Shown here piece after piece: positions 54,943 through 63,770 of a DNA stretch of 63,770 bases (its first letter is position 1; each line of letters opens with the position of its first letter). Below the pieces are notes generated by a model, which was given only the letters and a program-made list of their open reading frames with translations, made no database searches and was not told where the DNA came from. Made by a program: the position numbers and the translations under genes. Source of the DNA: an uncultured Mycoplasmatota bacterium (GTDB lineage Bacteria; Bacillota_I; Bacilli_A; RF39; UBA660). Where the stretch lies: the NCBI GenBank assembly GCA_900544625.1, contig UQVR01000003.1, positions 1 through 63,770 on the forward strand. The letters run 5' to 3'.

Positions 54943-57900
54943 ATGCAAATAGAAAACTTAACAGATTTAATAAATAAAACAAATATAAGGGCATTTGTAA
55001 CGACAAATGATTTTATAAAAGGAAAACAATATGATAAAAATAAGATAACTTTAAAAAGTGAAAAAGAAAAAGAAAGCCTTTATAGTAGTTTAAAAGTATT
55101 TAGTTTTGAAGTGGATTCAGAAACTAAACCAACATACTATGATGTAACAATCATTTTAGAAAATAATAAAGAAATTGTAAGAACGACATGTGATTGTAAA
55201 GCATTTAGAAACTTTCAAAGTTGTAAACATATCGGAGCTGTTTTTGTTAATTATTATGAACAAATATTTAAAGGAAATATCATAAACGTTAATAAAATAA
55301 CAAATGAAATATTAAATAAGTTTATACCAAAAGAAGAATCATTAATAAAAAAAGAACTGCAAGTACAATTATATATTAACATAACAGAAAGAGAAAGTTA
55401 TTATTACTATGCTAGAAGTTTTATGGAATATAATGTAAAAATACTAATCGGAGAAGATAAATTATATACTCTAGGAAATCATGCTAATGCCTTTAAATCA
55501 GCATATGAAACAGGGTGTGGAGAAGTTTATTTTGGCAAAAATTTTACCTTTATACCCGAAAAATATTACTTATCAAATGAATCTAAAACGATAATTGAAT
55601 CATACTTAGATATATGTGAAGGTTATTTTAATAAAAGTATTTCATCAAATATGCTAAAAAAGTTTCTAGATAAAATAAAAAATACAAAATTTGTTGTTAA
55701 TAATTATCAAATCGAGGGAATAAAAGATGGATTCCCAATTGATACAAATCTGGTGAAAAGAAATAATTCATATGAATTGAATTTTGATTTAGAAAATGTT
55801 GAATGCTTAATAGAAAATGATTATGAATACATCCTTTATAAAGGAAAGTTATATCACTTAAATAATAAAGAACAAAGTTTAATTGAAGATTTAATAGAAA
55901 ATAATTTAGATAAATTGTTAATTACTAAAGATAAAGTAGATACATTTACTAAAGGTTTACTAGGTATAGTAAGAAAAAAATTAAAAATAGATTCATCTGT
56001 AAATGATATTGTTCTACCTAATGAAATAAATACGAAATTATATTTTGATTTAAGAAGTTCATATATATTATTAGATATCATATTTAAATATGATGATAAA
56101 GAAATAAATTATTTAGATAAATCAAATGAAGTTTTAAGAGATATATCATACGAAACAAAAGTAATAAATGATTTATTAAAATATGGATTTATACTAGAGA
56201 AAGATAAAATAATTTTAAAAGACTTAGAAGCAGAAGTAAAATTTCTTGAGGAAGGTTTAGAAGAATTAGCCACAAGATATGAGATATTTACAACAGAAAA
56301 GTTTAAAAATATAAATATTAAAAAGAAAACATCAATATCATCAATGTTTAGAATTGGACAAGATAATATCTTAAGTTATAACTTTAATATTGGAGATATA
56401 AATAGTGATGAACTAGTAAATATTTTTGCTAATATGAAAGATAGAAAAAAATACTATAGGTTAAAAAATGGCAATATATTAAATCTTGAAGATGAATCAT
56501 TAAAAGAATTAAGTGAGCTAAAGGATGATTTGGAATTAAGTGATGCTGATATAATCGCAGGTCATGGAACAATTTTAAAATATCGAGCAATATATTTAGA
56601 TAGTTTAAAAAACACTAAATATAACATTATAAATACTGATAATTTATTTAATAATTTCATAAATAAATTTAATAAATATAAAGATGTTGAGTTAACATTA
56701 TCAGAAGATGAATTAAAAATTCTTCGTGATTATCAAATAACGGGAGTAAAATGGCTTTATACTTTAGCTAAGACAGGATTCGGAGGAATACTTGCAGATG
56801 AAATGGGCTTAGGAAAAACAATACAAGTCATTTATTATATCAAAGAGATGTTAAAAGATAATGAAAACAGTAAATTTTTAATCGTGGTGCCAACATCTTT
56901 AGCATATAATTGGGATCATGAATTTGCGATGTTTGGAAGTAATATAAAAAGAAAAATATGTCTTGGCTCGAAAGAAAAAAGAATAAATATTTTGAAAAAT
57001 TTAACGGATACGAATGTACTAATTACAACATATGGACTACTCAGAGAAGATGAAGATTTATATCAAAATTTATCATTTAATACAATGATTATTGATGAAG
57101 CCCAAAATATAAAAAATAATATGGCGGGTATTACAAAAGTAGTAAAAAAAATCCAGGCTGAAACTAAATTTGCTTTAACAGGAACCCCTCTTGAAAATTC
57201 AATTTTAGAATTATGGAGCATATTTGATTTTATAATGCCAGGTTACTTAGCCAGTCTAACAAAATTTCAAAGTAAATATAAAATAAAAGATTTTGATGAA
57301 GAAAGTGAAATATTAATAAAAAGTTTAAGCAAGCAAATTAATCCATTTATATTAAGAAGAAAAAAACAAGATGTTATAAAAGAACTACCAGAAAAATTAG
57401 TAAATGATATTTATATTGAATTAAAAGAAGACCAAAAAAAACTATATATTGCAGAATTAAATAGAGTTAAAGAAGAAATGAAACAAATTATTGAAAACGA
57501 TGGTATGAATAAAGCCAGATTTTTAATTCTTCAACTACTTACTAAGTTAAGGCAAATATGTATAGATCCTAAAATTATTTATGAAAATTATACTGATGGC
57601 TCAAATAAACTAGATCAATTAGAAATGCTAGTAAATGAATATACTAAAAATAATCATAAAATATTAATTTTTTCATCATTTAAAACTGCTTTAAATATTG
57701 TAAAAGAAAAGTTAAATAACAATAAAATAAAAACTTATATGATAGATGGAAGTGTACCTGCGAAAGATAGAATGGAAATGGTTGATAATTTTAATAATAA
57801 TGATGATGTAAAAGTATTCTTAATAATGTTAAAATCTGGTGGAACTGGTTTAAATTTAGCAACTGCAGATGTTGTAATTCATTTGGATTTATGGTGGAAT

Positions 57901-58137
57901 CCACAAGCTGAAAACCAAGCAACTGATAGAGCTCACAGAATAGGACAAAAAAATACGGTTGAAGTAGTACACTTAATAACTAAAGGAACAATTGAAGAAA
58001 AAATATTGGAACTTCAAAATAAAAAAAGAATATTAAGTGATAAATTAATAGATGGGGATATCAGAGATAAAAATATTATATCTGAATTAACAGAAGATGA
58101 TATTAAAACCCTATTATCATATGAAAATAGGGATTAA
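54943..58137 (+). CDS. SWIM zinc finger + SNF2-family helicase/ATPase
   Basis: 'CDCKAFRNFQSCKHIGAV' SWIM; 'LADEMGLGKT', 'IIDEAQNIKN', 'QATDRAHRIGQ'. Confidence 0.9.
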   Translation: MQIENLTDLINKTNIRAFVTTNDFIKGKQYDKNKITLKSEKEKESLYSSLKVFSFEVDSETKPTYYDVTIILENNKEIVRTTCDCKAFRNFQSCKHIGAVFVNYYEQIFKGNIINVNKITNEILNKFIPKEESLIKKELQVQLYINITERESYYYYARSFMEYNVKILIGEDKLYTLGNHANAFKSAYETGCGEVYFGKNFTFIPEKYYLSNESKTIIESYLDICEGYFNKSISSNMLKKFLDKIKNTKFVVNNYQIEGIKDGFPIDTNLVKRNNSYELNFDLENVECLIENDYEYILYKGKLYHLNNKEQSLIEDLIENNLDKLLITKDKVDTFTKGLLGIVRKKLKIDSSVNDIVLPNEINTKLYFDLRSSYILLDIIFKYDDKEINYLDKSNEVLRDISYETKVINDLLKYGFILEKDKIILKDLEAEVKFLEEGLEELATRYEIFTTEKFKNINIKKKTSISSMFRIGQDNILSYNFNIGDINSDELVNIFANMKDRKKYYRLKNGNILNLEDESLKELSELKDDLELSDADIIAGHGTILKYRAIYLDSLKNTKYNIINTDNLFNNFINKFNKYKDVELTLSEDELKILRDYQITGVKWLYTLAKTGFGGILADEMGLGKTIQVIYYIKEMLKDNENSKFLIVVPTSLAYNWDHEFAMFGSNIKRKICLGSKEKRINILKNLTDTNVLITTYGLLREDEDLYQNLSFNTMIIDEAQNIKNNMAGITKVVKKIQAETKFALTGTPLENSILELWSIFDFIMPGYLASLTKFQSKYKIKDFDEESEILIKSLSKQINPFILRRKKQDVIKELPEKLVNDIYIELKEDQKKLYIAELNRVKEEMKQIIENDGMNKARFLILQLLTKLRQICIDPKIIYENYTDGSNKLDQLEMLVNEYTKNNHKILIFSSFKTALNIVKEKLNNNKIKTYMIDGSVPAKDRMEMVDNFNNNDDVKVFLIMLKSGGTGLNLATADVVIHLDLWWNPQAENQATDRAHRIGQKNTVEVVHLITKGTIEEKILELQNKKRILSDKLIDGDIRDKNIISELTEDDIKTLLSYENRD

Positions 58138-58138
58138 A

Positions 58139-58182
58139 AAAGAAATGCTAGTTAAGTTCACGAACTAAATGCATTTCTTTTT
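58139..58182. terminator. bidirectional terminator between convergent genes
   Basis: AAAGAAATGC (58139-58148) / GCATTTCTTT (58171-58180), inner AGTTC/GAACT; overlaps the last codons of the minus-strand gene. Confidence 0.6.
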
Positions 58183-59605
58183 CATTATTAAATATTTTTT
58201 CTAGTAATTGGTATTGAATAGATAAATCTAAAGCAAGTGTTACTAAAACTTCTTTAGCTTTGGTATAATCACTACATACAATTTTTTTTGTGCCATCAGG
58301 CATTGTAAAAGTTTTAACATTATGTTCATCTATTTTTATATTAGAGATTTGGTCAGGATGAACTTGATAAATTCTATTATGAAGTCTCGGAGAACCCACG
58401 AATAAAGTGATTTTATTAATTGGATCAACTACTAATTGAGTACCTGCAAAACCTGGAGACATAAATGATCTTCCAGACAATGGGGGATAAACAGATAAAA
58501 ATTCTGGATCGGGTTGTTTTAGATAAACTAAAGACCCATAAAATCTTGTATATTTATCTTGATCTTTAAAACCAGTTTCTGTATCACTCATAGAAAATAA
58601 ACTTTCTTTTGATAAAATACCTCCATTTATTAAAGCATTAGCAAATTTTATCATATCATTTTTAGTAGAAAAATATCCAGCATGTCCTGGTGCAATACCA
58701 TCTAATTCACCAATAGCAATAGCTTTTGAATCATGGGGCGTACCTTTTATATTATTAAAATTTGTTTTAATACTTCCGTCTTTAAGAACAACAGAAGAAA
58801 AATTCTCATTAGCAACACGATATAGTTTTTCTTCAGGCACTCTTAAGTGAGTGTCATCCATCTGAGCCTTTTTAAAAATCATTAGATTAACAAATTGGTC
58901 AAAGGTCATATCAGTAACTTTTTCAATCACGCATCTTAAAATCATAGCACCCATATCAGTATAAGCATTACTTACTTGCTGATTCTTATCTGGATGAGCG
59001 GTATAAAGAATTTGGAGGGCTTCCTGCTTATTCTTTGCACTATCAACCCTATTATCAGTTACAATTTTAACTCTAAACTTTAATAAATCATAAATTGTAA
59101 TATTTTCTAAATTTTTAAATTCCGGCACATATTTGTTAACAGGCTCAAAAACATCTATTAAATTGTTTTCTTCAAGAATTAAAATAGCAACTGCAGTAAA
59201 AGTTTTTGAAGTTGAAGCTAAATCAAATATCGTATCTTGTTCAATTGGAAGTTTATGTGAAACTAAACGACCATCTATTAAATCAACTTCTTGTCTTAAA
59301 CCACATAAAACAGTATCTCTAGTATTAAATGTTCCAAAATCAAGTAAAACGCCCGGAGTTATTTTGGTAGTATTAACAAAAATATTCATAATTTCCTTTA
59401 ATCCACTTTGTAAAAATAATTTAAGTCTTAAATTAGTTAAATTAGCATGAGGGTTTTCATATATTGTATCTAAGACTGGTTTTAATATTCTCTCATAATC
59501 TTTATATTTATATATGTCTTGAAGGTAAGTAATGCTTGTATTATTTTGATTTTTTAATAGTTCTGAAATAAACTTTTTATAAACAAAATACTCTTTCATA
59601 GACAA
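58148..59605 (-). CDS. serine hydrolase (beta-lactamase/PBP4*-like family)
   Basis: 'LASTSKTFTA' SxxK; 'NAYTDMG' (YxN-like); 485 aa, no signal peptide seen. Confidence 0.75.
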   Translation of the reverse strand: MSMKEYFVYKKFISELLKNQNNTSITYLQDIYKYKDYERILKPVLDTIYENPHANLTNLRLKLFLQSGLKEIMNIFVNTTKITPGVLLDFGTFNTRDTVLCGLRQEVDLIDGRLVSHKLPIEQDTIFDLASTSKTFTAVAILILEENNLIDVFEPVNKYVPEFKNLENITIYDLLKFRVKIVTDNRVDSAKNKQEALQILYTAHPDKNQQVSNAYTDMGAMILRCVIEKVTDMTFDQFVNLMIFKKAQMDDTHLRVPEEKLYRVANENFSSVVLKDGSIKTNFNNIKGTPHDSKAIAIGELDGIAPGHAGYFSTKNDMIKFANALINGGILSKESLFSMSDTETGFKDQDKYTRFYGSLVYLKQPDPEFLSVYPPLSGRSFMSPGFAGTQLVVDPINKITLFVGSPRLHNRIYQVHPDQISNIKIDEHNVKTFTMPDGTKKIVCSDYTKAKEVLVTLALDLSIQYQLLEKIFNNEKEMHLVRELN

Positions 59606-59708
59606 TTCCTCCTAAATTAGGCTTATTATATTAAATTTTATGATATTTTGTCAAATTATATAATGCATTATTTGGTAATATGTGGTAAAATTAAAAAGGT
59701 GGAAAGAT

Positions 59709-60920
59709 ATGAAAAAGATTGAAGAGACGAAGGAAACTGTAAAAAGTACAGAATTTGCTACTACGATTTATCGTATTAGACAAGAAAGGAAATTAACTCA
59801 AAAGGAAATTGGTGACATTATCGGTGTATCTGATAGAACAATTTCAAAATGGGAGAATGGTACAACAGTACCAGACTTATGTCAGATTAGGAATATTTGC
59901 AAAAAATTAGAAATATCTCCGAGTTTATTAATTAAATCTGAAAAGAAGCTCAGTGATAATATAACAAATTTAAGAAGAGGAATTGGTAAGATTTTAAATT
60001 ATATCCTACATAACATATTTTTAATAACTTTTATATTAGTATTTATATTGTTATTATTGTATTTTATAAATAATTATAATTCGATAAAGATTTATGATTT
60101 AAAATATAATAGCGAAAACATTTCATTTGAAAATGGCTATCTTTTTAAAACTAAAGTCACAAATATTTTGATAATCAATGATATAAAAATTAATAAAATT
60201 AAATATAATCCAATTGATACAAAGGTTAAACTTTATACACTTGTAAATGGTGATAAGAAAATAATTTATACTTCAGAAAATCTTAATAATATTTATATTG
60301 AAGAAAATAAATCAGGTGCAGATTTATTAAGTAAAGATGTAATTGAAAGTATAAAACAAAATTTATATTTATTAATTGAAACAAAAGATGAAAATAATAA
60401 TGATTATAACTATGAATGTCAAATCACTTTTAAAGAAAAATATAATAACAATAAATTATTATACAAATCATATATTAAAAATAACTCTGTTGATACATTA
60501 GATTTTCCATTTGATAACCTAACTGATTCCCCAAAAATTAATAATAAGTCCACAAAAGTAATGAGTAAAAACAATAATAACGCAAACAAGTTAGCATCTT
60601 TAGGTTACGAATATGATAAAGAAAATGATATTTATAAAAAATATTTAGATAATTCAAGTAAAATTGAATATCAACACGATACAGGAAATTTGATAATAAA
60701 AATAAAAGAAAACAACAATTTAAAAAGTATTAAATATTTTTCAAACTTACAAAGAGTAATAGTAACTATTTTAAATACAAAAAGTGAAACGATAGTAAAT
60801 TTAAAATATAATGTTCCATTAAATAAAATGGAATGTTATAAAGGTAATTGTGAAAATTATCGTAGTGATATTAATTATATTCTTAAGGTTTATCGTGAGA
60901 TAAGTACAACTCTCCAATAA
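59709..60920 (+). CDS. XRE-family HTH protein with a central TM helix and a large Asn/Lys-rich extracytoplasmic domain
   Basis: 'IRQERKLTQKEIGDIIGVSDRTISKWENG'; TM 'IFLITFILVFILLLLYFI'; the ATG at 59709 is preferred (GGTGGAAAG RBS) over the GTG at 59682. Confidence 0.7.
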   Translation: MKKIEETKETVKSTEFATTIYRIRQERKLTQKEIGDIIGVSDRTISKWENGTTVPDLCQIRNICKKLEISPSLLIKSEKKLSDNITNLRRGIGKILNYILHNIFLITFILVFILLLLYFINNYNSIKIYDLKYNSENISFENGYLFKTKVTNILIINDIKINKIKYNPIDTKVKLYTLVNGDKKIIYTSENLNNIYIEENKSGADLLSKDVIESIKQNLYLLIETKDENNNDYNYECQITFKEKYNNNKLLYKSYIKNNSVDTLDFPFDNLTDSPKINNKSTKVMSKNNNNANKLASLGYEYDKENDIYKKYLDNSSKIEYQHDTGNLIIKIKENNNLKSIKYFSNLQRVIVTILNTKSETIVNLKYNVPLNKMECYKGNCENYRSDINYILKVYREISTTLQ

Positions 60921-61013
60921 AGAGAATTGCAACTCTCACGATTTTCTATTTCTTTTTTCGACATTTTCTGTTACGATGAATTTGGAACAGAAAGGAGGTG
61001 CATTTGAACGGCT

Positions 61014-61829
61014 TTGAAAAAAAGTATTATAGCACTAACTATAATGCTAGGCTTATTAATAACAACCAATGTTAAAGGTGCAACTTTAACAGATGCAGAA
61101 TATGCCAGATTAAAATTAGTCTTCTCAGATTTAAGAATCGCAACAATGAGTGATGAAAAAGCTCAAGAGTATTTATCTTATGATTTAGAACATAATAAAA
61201 AGGTAAGTAAATATTTTAAAGTAACTCAAACAACAAATGGAACAACATCAACAGAAGTTACAAAAGAAGAAGCAACAAACGCAGCTAAGAATAATACAAC
61301 AACAAGAGCAACATATCATCAAACAACTTATAAGAATATTAGAATTACATCAATTGAGGGAGGCACAAATGCCTACATAATAGATGTAACCACTTTATGG
61401 TTGGTATCACCAGCCATTAAATCATATGATGTTACAGCGATGAGAACGGATGACGCAACAATTATTGAAGGAACACAAGAAGGAACTCAGGGTTATATTT
61501 ATAAAAATGGTGATATTGGATATGTAGATTATTCTTATAACGGTACAAATATGAAAAAGGCATCCAATGGATTTGGTATATCTATGAATTTAGTTGATGC
61601 AGCTCACACATATGAATGCTATATAACAGCAAGAGTAAGAGCAACAACAGAATGGGCAGAAGTATATGGAAGCTATCAACATGCTGCAACTAACGTAACC
61701 TTAGCACAATCACAAGCTTACACCATTAGTCATAACGGTTACGGAAAAGTTATTAATTTTGCTACAGCCGTTCAAAACCACTATGATGGAATGCAAGGAG
61801 TATCTATCAAACTTGATTATACACCATAG
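61014..61829 (+). CDS. secreted hypothetical protein
   Basis: TTG start; signal peptide 'ALTIMLGLLITTNVKGA'; RBS AAAGGAGG is 15 nt upstream (long spacing). Confidence 0.5.
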   Translation: MKKSIIALTIMLGLLITTNVKGATLTDAEYARLKLVFSDLRIATMSDEKAQEYLSYDLEHNKKVSKYFKVTQTTNGTTSTEVTKEEATNAAKNNTTTRATYHQTTYKNIRITSIEGGTNAYIIDVTTLWLVSPAIKSYDVTAMRTDDATIIEGTQEGTQGYIYKNGDIGYVDYSYNGTNMKKASNGFGISMNLVDAAHTYECYITARVRATTEWAEVYGSYQHAATNVTLAQSQAYTISHNGYGKVINFATAVQNHYDGMQGVSIKLDYTP

Positions 61830-62016
61830 AAAAATATGGTACTCACCATCAGAAAAGTTTTTGTTAAGAGCAATCTATGTTAAGAAAAGTACTCAACAAA
61901 CTTAATATAGTAGGAACTATAAGAGTAATAAACAAAATGTCTATTAATATAGGTAGCTCAAAATTTACATCTTTGAAAAAAGCAACGCTGTAATCATTAT
62001 CTTTAAAATAATTGTA

Positions 62017-62043
62017 ATAATTAAATACTACCTTTCATACGAT
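62017..62043 (+). promoter_or_regulatory. possible sigma-E-like sporulation promoter of spoIVA
   Basis: ATA (62017-62019) - 16 nt - CATACGAT (62036-62043), 30 nt upstream of the ATG; spoIVA is sigma-E dependent in B. subtilis. Confidence 0.35.
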
Positions 62044-62072
62044 TACAATAGAAAAACGAAAGATGGTGGATT

Positions 62073-63551
62073 ATGGAAAAAGAAAAAATTATATCATCAA
62101 TAGCCAAGCGAGGGAATGGTGAAATCTATTTAGGGGTAGTTGGAGCTGTTCGTACAGGTAAATCAACATTCATTAAAAGGTTCATAGAAAATCTTGTTGT
62201 ACCAAATATAACAGATGAATATGAAAAGAAAAGATGTTTAGACGAAATACCTCAAAGCGCACAAGGGAAAACCATTATGACTACAGAACCTAAATTTGTA
62301 CCAAGTAATGGTGCCACAATAACTGTCAACGAATTCGAAACAAGCATCAAGTTAGTTGATTGTGTAGGTTATGTCATTCCGGAAGCTAATGGTTTTGTTG
62401 ATGAGGAAGGAAATCCTAGGATGGTGAAAAGTCCTTGGTTCGAGGATGCGATTCCATTCGTAGAAGCGGCCGAAATAGGAACAGAGAAGGTCATCAAAGA
62501 TCACGCAACAATAGGTATTGTTGTCACAACAGATGGTTCGTTCGGCGAGATCAAGAGGGAATCCTATCTTGAAGCAGAAGAAAAAGTAGTTAGTGAATTA
62601 AAAAACATTGGAAAACCATTTATAGTTATATTGAACAGTATTCACCCTACAAATACTGAAACTCAAGAACTAGCTAGAAGTTTAATGGATACTTATGATG
62701 TTCCAGTTATGCCTATAAGTGCTGAATTAATGAATGAAAAAGAAATAATGGAAATTCTTAGAACAGCCTTATATGAGTTTCCGGTATTAGACATCAAAGT
62801 TTCCATACCTGAGTGGGTTCATGTTTTACCTAACAACAATGAGATTAAACAACATTATATGGAAAAAATTAGAGAAAGTGTCGTAAGTGTAGAAAAAGTC
62901 AAAGATGTGGATTACATCTTGGAACACTTCAAAAACTCAGAATATATTAATAACTCCTTTATATCTGAACTTGATGCATCCACAGGAACTGTAACTATAA
63001 CACTCAACAGTTCAAATGAATTATATACAGAAACACTTAAAAATCTAATGGGAGATATGGTAACCACTAAAGCAGGACTTCTTAAAATATTTGCTAATTA
63101 TGCCGAAGATAAAGAAGAAATGGATTCTCTAAAGGGAGCTATTAAAATGGCTAAAAACACTGGCTATGGTATAGTTTACCCAAGTATTAGAGAATTAAAA
63201 CTCCAAACACCTGAACTAGTAAAACAGGGTAGTAGGTATGGCGTTAAACTTAAAGCTGTTGCTTCAAGTATACATATGTTAAAAGTAGATGTAGAATCAA
63301 CTTTTGAACCCATCATAGGTAGCGAAATTCAATCTAAAGAATTAATCGATAGATTAATGAAAGATTATGAGAGTGACGCTTCAAGTATTTGGAAAAGTGA
63401 AATATTTGGTCGTAGTTTAGAAGCTATTGTTCAAGAAGGAATACAAGCAAAACTAAGTATGATGCCAGATAATACGAGATATAAACTTAAAGAAACAGTT
63501 TCAAAAATCGTTAATAAAGGATCCAATACTTTAATTGCAATAGTTATTTAA
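62073..63551 (+). CDS. spoIVA: stage IV sporulation protein A (spore coat morphogenetic ATPase)
   Basis: 'IYLGVVGAVRTGKSTFIKRF' Walker A and overall 492-aa SpoIVA-like sequence, including the C-terminal 'TLIAIVI'. Confidence 0.95.
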   Translation: MEKEKIISSIAKRGNGEIYLGVVGAVRTGKSTFIKRFIENLVVPNITDEYEKKRCLDEIPQSAQGKTIMTTEPKFVPSNGATITVNEFETSIKLVDCVGYVIPEANGFVDEEGNPRMVKSPWFEDAIPFVEAAEIGTEKVIKDHATIGIVVTTDGSFGEIKRESYLEAEEKVVSELKNIGKPFIVILNSIHPTNTETQELARSLMDTYDVPVMPISAELMNEKEIMEILRTALYEFPVLDIKVSIPEWVHVLPNNNEIKQHYMEKIRESVVSVEKVKDVDYILEHFKNSEYINNSFISELDASTGTVTITLNSSNELYTETLKNLMGDMVTTKAGLLKIFANYAEDKEEMDSLKGAIKMAKNTGYGIVYPSIRELKLQTPELVKQGSRYGVKLKAVASSIHMLKVDVESTFEPIIGSEIQSKELIDRLMKDYESDASSIWKSEIFGRSLEAIVQEGIQAKLSMMPDNTRYKLKETVSKIVNKGSNTLIAIVI

Positions 63552-63664
63552 AACTATTGCTTTTTGATTGTAAAAAATGTGTATATAGTGATATGTTTTT
63601 ATGTTAAAAAATGTAAAAAGTGGGGTTTGAGTGTGTAAGTTGATGTCGTACGGTGTCGAAACTA

Positions 63665-63692
63665 TTGCAATAGAAATAAATGCCTGTATAAT
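63665..63692 (+). promoter_or_regulatory. sigma-A-type promoter of the gene starting at the window edge
   Basis: TTGCAA (63665-63670) - 16 nt - TG-TATAAT (63687-63692). Confidence 0.45.
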
Positions 63693-63718
63693 AGGCCTTT
63701 AAGAAAGGAGAAATGATT

Positions 63719-63770
63719 ATGACTAAGGTTAAAATAAAAGAAACAACATCTAGAGATTCCATTATTAAAA
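63719..63770 (+). CDS. 5' end of an unidentified gene (partial, runs off the window)
   Basis: AAAGGAG RBS 8 nt before the ATG at 63719 (MTKVKIKETTSRDSIIK...); only 17 codons are visible. Confidence 0.35.
   Translation, partial: MTKVKIKETTSRDSIIK

Noticed and set aside
1-63770. Search for CRISPR arrays, rRNA, transposases/integrases, prophage or known defence-system signatures
   Set aside because: No regularly spaced direct repeats, no rRNA-like stretches and no recombinase or transposase motifs were seen. The DUF3800-like, patatin and SNF2 genes are isolated and flanked by housekeeping genes, so calling them a defence island would be unsupported.

Overview
This is a 63.8-kb, very AT-rich, densely coded window from an endospore-forming low-GC Firmicute. 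Markers are spoIVA, a cotJ operon, ftsK/spoIIIE, RNase Y, RNase J and ftsY-ylxM. All family calls come from motifs read by eye; no searches were run. Layout: (1) 1-4.0 kb holds a small accessory-looking segment (hypotheticals, an SPL-like radical SAM protein, a DUF5680-like protein) ending at a tRNA-Gly(GCC). (2) 4-30.3 kb is a co-directional cell-envelope glycopolymer super-locus. It carries an LtaS-family synthase, an LCP ligase with a PASTA-like tail, a dockerin-bearing peptidoglycan hydrolase next to a cohesin-bearing membrane protein, and TagO. These are followed by an ABC importer, an HTH-LicC-like nucleotidyltransferase, Wzx, a TM-less sulfatase-fold enzyme, a Wzy/ligase-like protein, an acyltransferase, GT4, TagA, DHHW + MBOAT, and MnaA. 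(3) 30.4-43.1 kb is housekeeping: rny, a phosphodiester-glycosidase/GT2 trio, rnj, ftsY, ylxM, a DD-carboxypeptidase, trmL and ftsK. (4) 43.2-44.2 kb is cotJ. (5) 44.3-50.0 kb is the best candidate for something undescribed. Four genes there have N-termini that share a TasA/CalY (SipW-type) signal plus strand motif: a 648-aa protein ending in a glycine-rich (Gly_rich/PF12810-like) domain, a 371-aa TasA-like protein, and two tandem, apparently highly expressed Thr/Ala-rich 22-kDa paralogs. No signal peptidase gene is in view. (6) 50-63.8 kb holds a ZIP transporter, an epimerase, a patatin, a YebC-family protein, a CPBP protease, a SWIM-SNF2 helicase, a serine hydrolase, an XRE-membrane protein plus secreted protein pair, and spoIVA. 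I saw no CRISPR array, rRNA, transposase or integrase. One candidate antisense-oriented sRNA (13.26-13.37 kb) and one ORF-free repeat-rich region (1.29-1.70 kb) are flagged.
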